Of a stretch of 15,694 nt of DNA, positions 1-7,721 are shown piece by piece. The stretch is taken from contig JBGSIV010000152.1 of NCBI GenBank assembly GCA_041742355.1, positions 1 to 15,694 on the forward strand, read 5' to 3'. Under the pieces are notes generated by a model. The model was not told the DNA's origin. It searched no databases and was given only the letters and a program-made list of their open reading frames with translations. The translations under genes and the position numbers were made by a program. This stretch comes from Candidatus Zixiibacteriota bacterium. Lineage in GTDB: Bacteria > Zixibacteria > MSB-5A5 > GN15 > FEB-12. Positions within the stretch are counted from its first letter, which is position 1, and every line of letters starts with the position of its first letter.

Positions 1-202
1 GTTGCCGTCGATCCCGAGCCACTTCAGCCAGAAAGCGTCGGAGCATGGTTGTGTCGATGGCAGGCAGGATGATGGAGAGAGCGGCCAGGATGGCGAGGAC
101 CGTCACCAGGACAGAGCCGCCTTTACTGCCGGTCGCCAGGCACGGTGCCCACCAAATGGAGCGTGTCGCGCGCTTTGTCGGCGCCAAAGACTGCCGTTTC
201 AT
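1..202 (-). CDS. GspK/PilX-like minor pseudopilin, N-terminal part (runs off the window edge)
   Basis: Not in the ORF track; translated by hand from ATG at 202 (GAGGTG RBS just upstream): MKRQSLAPTKRATRSIWWAPCLATGSKG|GSVLVTVLAILAALSIILPAIDTTMLRRFLAEVARDRRQ. Basic leader ending KG, then a hydrophobic helix without Glu+5, as in GspK/PilX. Overlaps the upstream gene by 80 nt. Confidence 0.6.
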   Translation of the reverse strand, partial: MKRQSLAPTKRATRSIWWAPCLATGSKGGSVLVTVLAILAALSIILPAIDTTMLRRFLAEVARDRRQ

Positions 203-608
203 CGGTCACCTCAATTAAGGTCCATTCGCCGAAGTGCTCACCGAGCGAAAAGGTCTTGGTTGTCTGCGGGTCGAGTTGCAGAACAGCCTGGGAGGACTTT
301 CCCAGGCACAGCACGCCCGCGAGTTGAAGGGATCGGGGAAAAGCCACTGGCCCGGCTGGCTGGGTCGTACGCTCGTGTGACTGGTCAGGAGGACCGGCTA
401 TGGCATGCAGGAAGGGATTCACCCTCGGCTCCCGATAGACAACGGGGTCGGGGAGAAGAGCCCGGGAGGCGCCAAGGGTATCACCCGGTGCCTGTGTGTC
501 CACGGGGACCGTAGTCGGAAACAGCAGCGCCAGGTTTCCCCACCAGATGTAGCCGGCAATCACCAGCAACAGCATCAGAAGCACCTGCTTGACGCGCCGG
601 GTCGTCAC
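123..608 (-). CDS. Single-TM T2SS/T4P accessory protein (GspC/PilP-like)
   Basis: Likely GTG start at 608 in a GTGA overlap with the upstream stop, with a GAGGG RBS. N-terminal TM (VLLMLLLVIAGYIWW), 'RVNPF' motif, Pro-rich linker, and a C-terminal beta domain (LQLAGVL...QAVL...GEHFGEWTLIEV) resembling GspC-HR/PilP. Confidence 0.6.
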   Translation of the reverse strand: MTTRRVKQVLLMLLLVIAGYIWWGNLALLFPTTVPVDTQAPGDTLGASRALLPDPVVYREPRVNPFLHAIAGPPDQSHERTTQPAGPVAFPRSLQLAGVLCLGKSSQAVLQLDPQTTKTFSLGEHFGEWTLIEVTDETAVFGADKARDTLHLVGTVPGDRQ

Positions 609-1120
609 GGTTCCCTCACGCTCACTGAGAGTTGGACAGACACCACAGCACCACTCTCGTCGGCCGGCCATAACTCGACTCGATCGGCGGCGCACAGGTA
701 TTGCTCCTCCAAGGCTCGCAGAAAGCGCACGACATTCGTCGCTCCGCCCCGGAAGGTTGTCACGTAGACAACGGAGCCGGTCGAGGGTTTGGATCCGCTA
801 CCCTGCTGCCGCTCCATCCGTGTCAGTTGCAGGTCGTAGGCGGCGGCGAGCTGCGTGAGTTCGTTGGCCGACGGGATGTGACTACCGGCGGTACGCTGCA
901 CCTCTGCCTGCAACCGGTCGGCCTCGGCTGTGAGTTCAGCCAGCGCCCGCTGGAGCCTTGGCCATTCGGCGGCATTGTCGCTCAGGGTTCGCATCTGCAG
1001 TTCATCCAGCACGGTACGGACAGACCCATCGATCACCAAGACGAGCAGCAGGCAGACGAGCCCGTACAAACCGAGGAGCAAACCAAACTCGCCCTTACTA
1101 TTCGACCGTGCTCTGTCCAT
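605..1120 (-). CDS. GspM/PilO-like inner-membrane assembly protein
   Basis: Start taken at MDRARS (ATG 1120). N-terminal TM, coiled coil (LQRALAELTAEADRLQAEV), and a ferredoxin-like C-terminus 'TFRGGATNVVRFLRALE' typical of PilO/GspM; position in the operon. Confidence 0.65.
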   Translation of the reverse strand: MDRARSNSKGEFGLLLGLYGLVCLLLVLVIDGSVRTVLDELQMRTLSDNAAEWPRLQRALAELTAEADRLQAEVQRTAGSHIPSANELTQLAAAYDLQLTRMERQQGSGSKPSTGSVVYVTTFRGGATNVVRFLRALEEQYLCAADRVELWPADESGAVVSVQLSVSVREP

Positions 1121-2204
1121 GCTGCACCAATGAGAGGCGAAAGCTCTGTACGGTATCAGGCTGGCCCATGGAGGCAACTACCTCTGGCGTGATTGACCTT
1201 ACCGCAAAACCGCTGGCTGCAACGAAGCTGTTGAGCGACGTCGCGTAGGCAAAACTCTGACTTTCGCGCCGGGCAATCCCTTTAGCCTCAACCGTCGTCG
1301 AGTCGCCCCCCCAGTGGCGTACGGCCAGTCTTGTCAGGTACACTCCGGTTACCCGATATTGGCAGAAGACAGAAACCAAGGGAGCGGAATACGTTTCCAC
1401 CGGGCGCGAGCGGTCGGCGTGGGCCAGTTCGCGCCGCGTCTGCGCGATGTGCGCCTCCATCTCAAGTTTGGCGGAGTACAGGAGCTGATAGCGCCGTATG
1501 TCGTCGAGGTCGTAATCGGCTCTGCCCGTGGCGAACGCCAATGCGATTATCGCCGAAGCCAGTGCAATTGCTGCCAGCACCGCGGTTAGCAAGCGACCGA
1601 CATTGAGCGATCGCTGCCGCCAACGAGCCGATTCAGAAGTCTGAAAATGGTACGGCATAACGGTGGGATGCCGGTAAAGGGCCTGTCGGTCGGTCGCGGC
1701 ACCATTGAGTATGGATGGTGCCCACTGGGCAGCCAGTGTCCCCAGCCCCCTCACCGGCATCCGCGCCGCTTCGATCGACTTCCTCAGGTGGGCCAGATAG
1801 TCTCCGGCCACCCCTTGGCCGATGACGTAATCCTCTCCGTTGATTCGCTCGATGCTCCACCTGAACTCGTGCTGTTCTCCCGACAGCAACTGCAGGCGCT
1901 TCCGCAGCACCGCGGGGTCAACCCCCGTGAGTTGCGTAGCATACGAGAACGCCTTGCTGTTGTTGATGAGCACGGCAAATGGCTGACCGTAGTACGCCGA
2001 TGATTTGGACATGGTAGCGAAGAACCTGGTCGCCGTGGCTTCCTCTGAGGCTTCCGCCCCTACTTGCAGCACCACGTCACGCCGTTTCCCTCCGGACAAT
2101 CGCACCAGTTCCGCTCGGTCATCGTGGAACACCGCGACGTACTCGACTGATCGCAGCGTCAGCCAGTCTCGCAGCCAGGGCATCTTGTCAAGCCGGAGTA
2201 TCAC
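1098..2204 (-). CDS. GspL-like (PilM/PilN-type fused) assembly protein
   Basis: 368 aa, GTGA-coupled to the secretin. About 200 aa cytoplasmic part, central TM (LLTAVLAAIALASAIIALAF), coiled coil, then a PilN-like domain (GVYLTRLAV...VEAKGIA...FAYATSL). Confidence 0.6.
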   Translation of the reverse strand: MILRLDKMPWLRDWLTLRSVEYVAVFHDDRAELVRLSGGKRRDVVLQVGAEASEEATATRFFATMSKSSAYYGQPFAVLINNSKAFSYATQLTGVDPAVLRKRLQLLSGEQHEFRWSIERINGEDYVIGQGVAGDYLAHLRKSIEAARMPVRGLGTLAAQWAPSILNGAATDRQALYRHPTVMPYHFQTSESARWRQRSLNVGRLLTAVLAAIALASAIIALAFATGRADYDLDDIRRYQLLYSAKLEMEAHIAQTRRELAHADRSRPVETYSAPLVSVFCQYRVTGVYLTRLAVRHWGGDSTTVEAKGIARRESQSFAYATSLNSFVAASGFAVRSITPEVVASMGQPDTVQSFRLSLVQHGQSTVE

Positions 2205-4234
2205 CGGTACTGCTCCATGAGGCTGTCTTGGTCGACCGCACCGTCAGAGCCGTAGTACACATGGGGCGTGATGTAGATCATGAGTTCGGACTTCACGTCG
2301 ATCGTGCTTCGATTCTGGAAAAGCCGACCGAGAACAGGGAGGTACCCGAGAATGGGCAGCTTGGAGATACTCGCCCGTTTGTCGACTTGCACCAAGCCGC
2401 CCAGGACAATGGTCTCACCGTTGCGGAGGCGGACGGTGGAGTTGAGGACGCGCGTGTTAATGGTCGGTGGAATGTCCGGGTCAAACTGCTGGGCAGGCGT
2501 GCTGAACTCAGGCTTGACTTCGACGATGAGTTCGTTTTCGCTGTTGACGAATGGAGTCACCTCAAGGCTCATGTCGGCTTCGATCGTCTCGAAGCGCTGG
2601 GCGGTCTGGGTCAGGTTGTCCTGGCCGGAGGGGTAAATGGCCTTGGATTCCAGGAGGAAGTACTGCGTGGTCCCGATGCTGATCGAGGCCGTGTGACCGT
2701 TGAGTGCCGCGATTTGCGGGTGCGAGCGGACGTTGGCCTTACCCTCTGCTTCCAGCCAGCGGAGGCGAACGAAGAAGTTCTCCGAAAGGGTGAATGGCTT
2801 AGAGATGCCGAGATGGCGTGAGAGGCTGGCGATATTGTCGTTGAGACTCTCCCCCGAGCCGCTCATTTCAATCGACGGGTAGTAGACCTGGCCCTGCAGG
2901 CCGGAGTCGCCGCCGAAGTTGTTGGCAGTAAGTTGGAAGGTCGAATTTCCGCTAAGGGTGAAGTCGATCACCATGACATCGAAGAGTACTTGGGCAGTGG
3001 GGACATCGATTTCGGTGAGGAAGTCGACCAAGCGGGCCAGCGCGGTGTTGGGGCCGGTGGCGACGAGGCCGTTGTGCTCCCGGGCCACCTTGAGCGACAC
3101 CTGGGTGGCCAGGGCAGCCGGGATGAGCTCCATGACCTGGGCGGCCACCAGGTGCTTGAGACGGATAAGGCGGCTTGTGTAGAGATCCTGCGACTCGCGG
3201 CTGCCGACGAAGTAGATGCCGTTGATATTGGAGTAGCTGAACTTTGAGTTCAGCAAGAGGTAAGTCAGCGCCTCATCCGGCGTTTTGCCGGTGAAGCTGG
3301 CCTGGACCGTGCCGTCCAGGGCAGTCTGCACGAAGAGGCTGAGGCCACAGCGGGTCGTCAGCGCCGTGATGACGTCGTTGAGTGCGGCGTTGGCTGCCTC
3401 CAACGTTATGAGGCCGCTGTCACAGGTCAAGTTCAAGTTACGCCCCCGTCCGGGGGCGCCAGCTGCGCTATTAGCCTGTGCGACATAGAGCACGCCGTCG
3501 ACCTCGCTGACCGCGAACCCGCTGGCCGCCAGGAGTACGCGGAGGGCCTTGTCGACCGGCATGGCGGTGACCTTGCCGGTCACGGACCCGGCCGCGGGAC
3601 GTTCGATTATTATGTTGCGTCCGGTCAGATCGATGACGGTGTCGACGAATTGGGCCAAGTCAGCATTAACCAAGTCGGCTGAGAACAGGCCATTTTGTAC
3701 GTCCACCCGAAGCGGTGCTGGAGGCGAGGCCGGGGCCGGAGGCTTGAAGATCTTGACAATGCCACCAGTTCGCTCCCATGCCAGGTGGTACTCCTTGATA
3801 ATGAACAGGATCGCATCTCGCAGGGTGACGTTATCCAGCCGCATGGTGAGCGTGCCACTGACGCTGGGATCGATGAACATCGAGAGGTTGTGGGCTCGGG
3901 CCAAGGCCCGCAGGGCGTCGGCCAGCGGAACGCCGGAAAAGTCCAGACGTGGGACGACGATGACGGTGTCGATGATGGGCTGGCTTTCGCCAAAATCTGG
4001 AGTAATCGCAGCAGTATCTTTCAGAGGAAGGGAGTTAGTGTCGCTGCTCGGCTCAAACTGAGATTCCAAGCTGTCCGCGGAAGTCTGGTCTGGTTGGCGC
4101 GATTTTACGGACGAGTCTGCGGGCGCCCCGGGCGGTTCGTCGGAGTAGCCCTCCGTACCGGCCAGCCCAATGGCTATGAGGAGGCCGAACACGAGTGTCG
4201 CACGAAGAGTGGTACCGCATTTTCGTTGCTTCAT
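2201..4234 (-). CDS. gspD: Secretin (GspD/PilQ family) with three tandem STN/N0-like domains
   Basis: Signal peptide; repeated STN-like units; N3-like domain (LARLVDFLTEIDVPTAQVLFDVMV); secretin core motifs (ANVRSHPQIAALNGHTASISIG; VRLRNGETIVLGGL; KLPILGYLPVLGRLF; ELMIYITPH). Confidence 0.93.
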   Translation of the reverse strand: MKQRKCGTTLRATLVFGLLIAIGLAGTEGYSDEPPGAPADSSVKSRQPDQTSADSLESQFEPSSDTNSLPLKDTAAITPDFGESQPIIDTVIVVPRLDFSGVPLADALRALARAHNLSMFIDPSVSGTLTMRLDNVTLRDAILFIIKEYHLAWERTGGIVKIFKPPAPASPPAPLRVDVQNGLFSADLVNADLAQFVDTVIDLTGRNIIIERPAAGSVTGKVTAMPVDKALRVLLAASGFAVSEVDGVLYVAQANSAAGAPGRGRNLNLTCDSGLITLEAANAALNDVITALTTRCGLSLFVQTALDGTVQASFTGKTPDEALTYLLLNSKFSYSNINGIYFVGSRESQDLYTSRLIRLKHLVAAQVMELIPAALATQVSLKVAREHNGLVATGPNTALARLVDFLTEIDVPTAQVLFDVMVIDFTLSGNSTFQLTANNFGGDSGLQGQVYYPSIEMSGSGESLNDNIASLSRHLGISKPFTLSENFFVRLRWLEAEGKANVRSHPQIAALNGHTASISIGTTQYFLLESKAIYPSGQDNLTQTAQRFETIEADMSLEVTPFVNSENELIVEVKPEFSTPAQQFDPDIPPTINTRVLNSTVRLRNGETIVLGGLVQVDKRASISKLPILGYLPVLGRLFQNRSTIDVKSELMIYITPHVYYGSDGAVDQDSLMEQYR

Positions 4235-5646
4235 AGGTGAATCTCCCGCAGGACTTCTCCCGGAGTGGTGACGCCGTGATCAATGAGGGCGTGGGCTGTC
4301 TGGGCCATGGTGCAGAAGCCCAACTTGCAAGCTAGTATTCGCAGCTCATGTTCCGGGGCGCGTCGGAATATCGCCTCACGGAGTGTGTCGTCGATGACCA
4401 GCAGTTCGTAGATGGCGACGCGTCCCCGAAAGCCGGTGTTGCCGCACTCGGTACACCCGGTACCTTGACCAGCGCTGGATCCGATGGTCATGTTGAGTCG
4501 GTCGGCCGCTTCCTGCTCAATGGTACTTAACTCTCCGATAAAACAGGTCGAGCAATTGCGGCGCACGAGACGCTGGGCGACAACCAAACGCAGCGAAGAC
4601 GCCAGAAGGAACGGCTCAGCCCCCATGTCCAGCAGTCGAGCAACCGTAGCTAGCGCGCTGTTCGTGTGCAAGGTCGACAGGACGAGGTGGCCGGTCATCG
4701 CGGCACGGATAGCGATGTCGAGGGTTTCTCTGTCTCGGATCTCCCCCACCATGATAATATCCGGATCCTGCCGCAAGAGCGAGCGGAGCATGCCGGCAAA
4801 GGTTACGTCAATATCGGGGCGAATCTGGGTCTGGGTGATGCCGTGGAGATTGTACTCGATGGGGTCCTCGACGGTACAGATGTTCACCTCGGGCGAGCGG
4901 AGATGGTTCAGGGCAGCGTAGAGCGTGGTGGTTTTGCCTGAACCAGTCGGGCCGGTGACGAGCACGATGCCGTTGGGGGCCTCGATTTGCTGGACAAAGG
5001 TCGTCTGTTGTCCGGGGGCAAAGCCCAGGGTCGCCAAATCCAGCCGAAGGGTCTGCTTGTCCAAGAGACGCAGGACGGCTTTCTCGCCGAAGTCCGTCGG
5101 GATAACCGAGACGCGAATGTCGACGACCCGTCCGCCGTGCTCAAAGCGGATGCGCCCGTCCTGGAGCCGGCGCTTCTCGGCGATATCGAGCCGAGCCATG
5201 ATCTTGAGGCGGGAAAGTAGCTCGGCGGCATAGTCTCTGGGCAGGCGGTGCCGGTCGACGAGGGCTCCGTCAATCCGTGCGCGACAGCGTACCTCGTGCT
5301 CCGCCGGCTCGAAGTGGATATCGGAAGCGCCCGAATCGATGCTCTCCCTAATGATGCGGGAGACCTGTGTGACGATTTGAGAGTCTGTATCAGGGTACTC
5401 TGCAAGTGACGAAGGCTGCTTGCCCGGGGTGCGACTGCCGGTGAAGGCAGCGGCAAGTCGCATCTGGAACTCCTCCGGCGTAACCCAGCACAGCTCTGGC
5501 AAGAGGCCGCATCGGCAGCGGAGATAGTCCACCACAGACAGGTCAGAGGAGGCGGTAACCAACACTTGGAGCCGGTTCAGCTCATCGCTTCGGACAGGCA
5601 GGAGCCCAAATGTGGTGCAGAATTCTTGGTCAAATGCTGCTTCCAA
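4231..5646 (-). CDS. gspE: GspE/PilB-family secretion/assembly ATPase
   Basis: ASDIHFEP, RIDG, LDIAEKR, Walker A GPTGSGKTT, Asp box TVEDPIE, LRQDPDIIMVGEIRD, His box GHLVLSTLH, Zn motif CSTC...CTEC. The ORF-track start (5880) lies inside gspF. A TTG at 5646 with a GAGG RBS (or TTG 5676) lies downstream of the predicted promoter and is more plausible. Confidence 0.95.
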   Translation of the reverse strand: MEAAFDQEFCTTFGLLPVRSDELNRLQVLVTASSDLSVVDYLRCRCGLLPELCWVTPEEFQMRLAAAFTGSRTPGKQPSSLAEYPDTDSQIVTQVSRIIRESIDSGASDIHFEPAEHEVRCRARIDGALVDRHRLPRDYAAELLSRLKIMARLDIAEKRRLQDGRIRFEHGGRVVDIRVSVIPTDFGEKAVLRLLDKQTLRLDLATLGFAPGQQTTFVQQIEAPNGIVLVTGPTGSGKTTTLYAALNHLRSPEVNICTVEDPIEYNLHGITQTQIRPDIDVTFAGMLRSLLRQDPDIIMVGEIRDRETLDIAIRAAMTGHLVLSTLHTNSALATVARLLDMGAEPFLLASSLRLVVAQRLVRRNCSTCFIGELSTIEQEAADRLNMTIGSSAGQGTGCTECGNTGFRGRVAIYELLVIDDTLREAIFRRAPEHELRILACKLGFCTMAQTAHALIDHGVTTPGEVLREIHL

Positions 5647-5669
5647 CCGTGTGCCTCTTCGGAATCTCG

Positions 5670-5697
5670 TTGCCAAACCCTCTGAACGACGTATTAT
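5670..5697 (+). promoter_or_regulatory. sigma70-type promoter for gspF, with its -10 overlapping the opposite-strand -10
   Basis: TTGCCA (5670-5675), 16 bp spacer, TATTAT (5692-5697), 30 nt upstream of the gspF ATG. Confidence 0.55.
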
Positions 5698-5721
5698 ATA
5701 CAGCAAGCACCATTTTGTAAA
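5693..5721 (-). promoter_or_regulatory. sigma70-type promoter for the gspE-gspD operon
   Basis: On the - strand: TTTACA (5721-5716), 17 bp spacer, TATAAT (5698-5693). Confidence 0.75.
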
Positions 5722-5727
5722 GGCCCA

Positions 5728-6924
5728 ATGCCAAAATTCTCGTACAGTGGAAGGACTCTCGGAGATGACCAATGCCATGGCACCTCTCGGGCGGCAACAC
5801 CGGAGGGGGTGGTGTTGAAACTCCTCAAGGCGGGGGTGTTTGTCGACCAAGTCCGTCCCGCGTTCAACCGTCCGCAACAAGTATTCACGAAGCTGTTACG
5901 GCGCACGGAGATTACGCGGCTACTGCGCCAGTTTGAGCTTCTCCTCGCCAGCGGGATCACTATTTCTGAAGCGTTGGCCTTAGTCAGTGAGTACACGTCG
6001 GATAGGAGCCTCCGGCTGGTCTTCGAGGATGTGATCGCACAAGTTCAGGCCGGACGGGCACTCTCGGAAGCGCTCGGCAGCTACCCGGATTTATTCGATG
6101 AGTTAACGGTCAGCATGGTCAGGGCGGGCGAGTCCTCGGGGCAGTTGGCCGCTACGATAGCCACCGTCGCGACCTACCGCGAGCGTTATGACTCCCTGGT
6201 TAAGAAGATCCGCTCGGCGCTGGCATATCCGGCGCTGGTTGTTCTGACCGCGATCCTGGTCATCCTGGCGCTGGTTCTGTACATCGTGCCGGTGTTCGCT
6301 TCAATGTATGGCAATTTCGGGGCTGAACTCCCCCGCCTGACGCAGGGAGTCGTCATCGTGAGCGACGTGCTTCGAGAGACTCTGTGGTACTGGCTGGCGG
6401 CACTGGTGCTTACGGTCCCCGCTCTCGCAGCGATAAGATCTGCCGGCAGGGTGCGGCTCAGTCTGGATCGTCTGACGGTAACAGCGCCGTTGCTGCGCTC
6501 GGTTACGACCAAGGTGATCACGGCGCGGTATTGCCGGACTATGGGAGCACTTTTGACTGCCGGTGTGGGCATCGTGGAGGCGCAGACGATAGCAGCGGGT
6601 ACCACCGGCAATCGTCATCTGGCCGCCCGGTTGCGGCTGGTCGCCGACGCTCTCATGCAGGGGACCAACTTCACCGATGCGATTGCGGCAGTCAGTGTGT
6701 TTCCGAAGGCGATGCTCCGGCTGACGGCATCAGGGGAAGCCACAGGGCAGCTCGGCCGCATGCTCAGCCGGGCGGCTGACTACTACGAAGCGCAGTCCGA
6801 GCATGACTTTGCCACCATGACGTCTCTCATTGAACCGGTCATCATTCTCGTTCTTGGAGGATTCGTTGCCTTCATCCTCGTGGCGATGTATCTGCCGCTG
6901 TTTGATCTAGTGGGGGCGCTGTAG
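5728..6924 (+). CDS. gspF: GspF/PilC-family inner-membrane platform protein
   Basis: 398 aa; MPKFSY start, 'LLASGITISEAL', 'MVRAGESSGQL', 'KIRSALAYP', 'GEATGQLGRML', 'LIEPVIILVLGGFVAFILVAMYLPLF'. Confidence 0.96.
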   Translation: MPKFSYSGRTLGDDQCHGTSRAATPEGVVLKLLKAGVFVDQVRPAFNRPQQVFTKLLRRTEITRLLRQFELLLASGITISEALALVSEYTSDRSLRLVFEDVIAQVQAGRALSEALGSYPDLFDELTVSMVRAGESSGQLAATIATVATYRERYDSLVKKIRSALAYPALVVLTAILVILALVLYIVPVFASMYGNFGAELPRLTQGVVIVSDVLRETLWYWLAALVLTVPALAAIRSAGRVRLSLDRLTVTAPLLRSVTTKVITARYCRTMGALLTAGVGIVEAQTIAAGTTGNRHLAARLRLVADALMQGTNFTDAIAAVSVFPKAMLRLTASGEATGQLGRMLSRAADYYEAQSEHDFATMTSLIEPVIILVLGGFVAFILVAMYLPLFDLVGAL

Positions 6925-6967
6925 ATCGTTTGGAAATTGAGGCGGTGGTCTTCCATCGATCTATAGT

Positions 6968-7240
6968 CTCCGGGTCAACCGACAGAAATACTCCCCGGTT
7001 ATCATCGTAGTACCGGGCTCCGTAGTAGTAGATGGACGAAGCAATGTCGTCTTCTTATCGCTGGCCGGTGTACATAAGCCGGTTGTCGGTATGAAGAAGC
7101 GAACATTGGCCGGCATGGTACCAGACTGGACTAACCGCTTGCCGTTGACGTAAACGTAGTTGGCTAACAGGTCGCCCTCCATTGGTCGGTCGTAGTCACT
7201 GAGGAGGTTGTCCCCGAAGTAGTAGTAGCCGGTTACCAGG
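6968..7240 (-). pseudogene. Degenerate Rhs-core fragment (frameshift, internal deletion, nonsense codon, no C-terminal toxin)
   Basis: One frame gives GYYYFGDNLLSDYD...LLANYVYVNGKRL...NVRFF. After a frameshift near 7093 another frame gives HTDNRLMYTGQR*EDDIASSIYYYGARYYDDNRGVFLSVDP (TAA at 7057-7055), the Rhs-associated core signature. Confidence 0.85.
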
Positions 7241-7355
7241 GCGGCGAAGGTCGTGCAGTACGACTGCGGCGGATCCTCGATGCCGAGCTGACGGACGCGG
7301 AATCGAGGAGTCATACACAGCGCGTGTCTCCAGCGACTTGCGCATAACGCTCGGG

Positions 7356-7721
7356 TCAATCCTCGAGATCCAAATGCCAGTCACCTTCCTCCCAGCGCCT
7401 AATAGCCTGTTCAGCCTCAAAGGAAGCCAATCCCTTGCCTTTGCTTTCTTCCCTCAGCACCGCCAAAGCCATATCCGTGCGGTAACGTAACAGGTAAGCT
7501 GCAGCTCCGACCCTCACGTCCCTCCGCGGGTGGTTCAGCAAGCGGAGTAGGGCCTCGCGCCCGTCATCCCCCAAAGCCCTCAGCTTCGCGAATGCAGCGA
7601 CCCTCCTTTCAGCGTACTTGTTGCCGATGCGTGCATCGCCGGTCAGGATTGCATCAGTCTGCATGACAGTGCTGTCAGCGAATTGATCAACCCACCTCTC
7701 GATCTGCTTTCTTGTTGCCAT
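7356..7721 (-). CDS. Putative immunity protein, DUF2019-like helical-repeat protein
   Basis: 121 aa from ATG 7721 (TGATG overlap with the toxin stop, GGAG RBS). The pattern QFA..QTDAI..GDA..GNK...GDDGREAL..LL.HPR.DVR..AAAYLL.YRT..A..VL...WEEG.W.LD matches DUF2019 as I recall it; immediately downstream of a toxin. Confidence 0.8.
   Translation of the reverse strand: MATRKQIERWVDQFADSTVMQTDAILTGDARIGNKYAERRVAAFAKLRALGDDGREALLRLLNHPRRDVRVGAAAYLLRYRTDMALAVLREESKGKGLASFEAEQAIRRWEEGDWHLDLED

Noticed and set aside
2228..5233. Numerous + strand ORFs antisense to gspD and gspE (and - strand ORFs opposite the 9.6-15.7 kb genes)
   Set aside because: Shadow ORFs typical of high-GC coding DNA; no motifs or RBS support.
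5647..5880. N-terminal extension of gspE in the ORF track (549 aa)
   Set aside because: It overlaps gspF antisense and spans the predicted promoter; no ATPase-like sequence. A TTG start at 5646 or 5676 fits better.
7274..7309. 8-bp inverted repeat TCCTCGAT/ATCGAGGA (a similar 8-bp IR occurs at 9316-9346)
   Set aside because: Long loops, no U-tract; expected by chance in GC-rich DNA, with no recognisable RNA family.
7335..7356. GTTATGC right after the immunity stop, resembling an integron attC core site
   Set aside because: No matching inverse core, no attC-like palindrome and no integrase in the window.
6961..7359. 132-aa ORF as a real gene
   Set aside because: Only its middle is Rhs-like; the rest is off-frame reading of the Rhs pseudogene.
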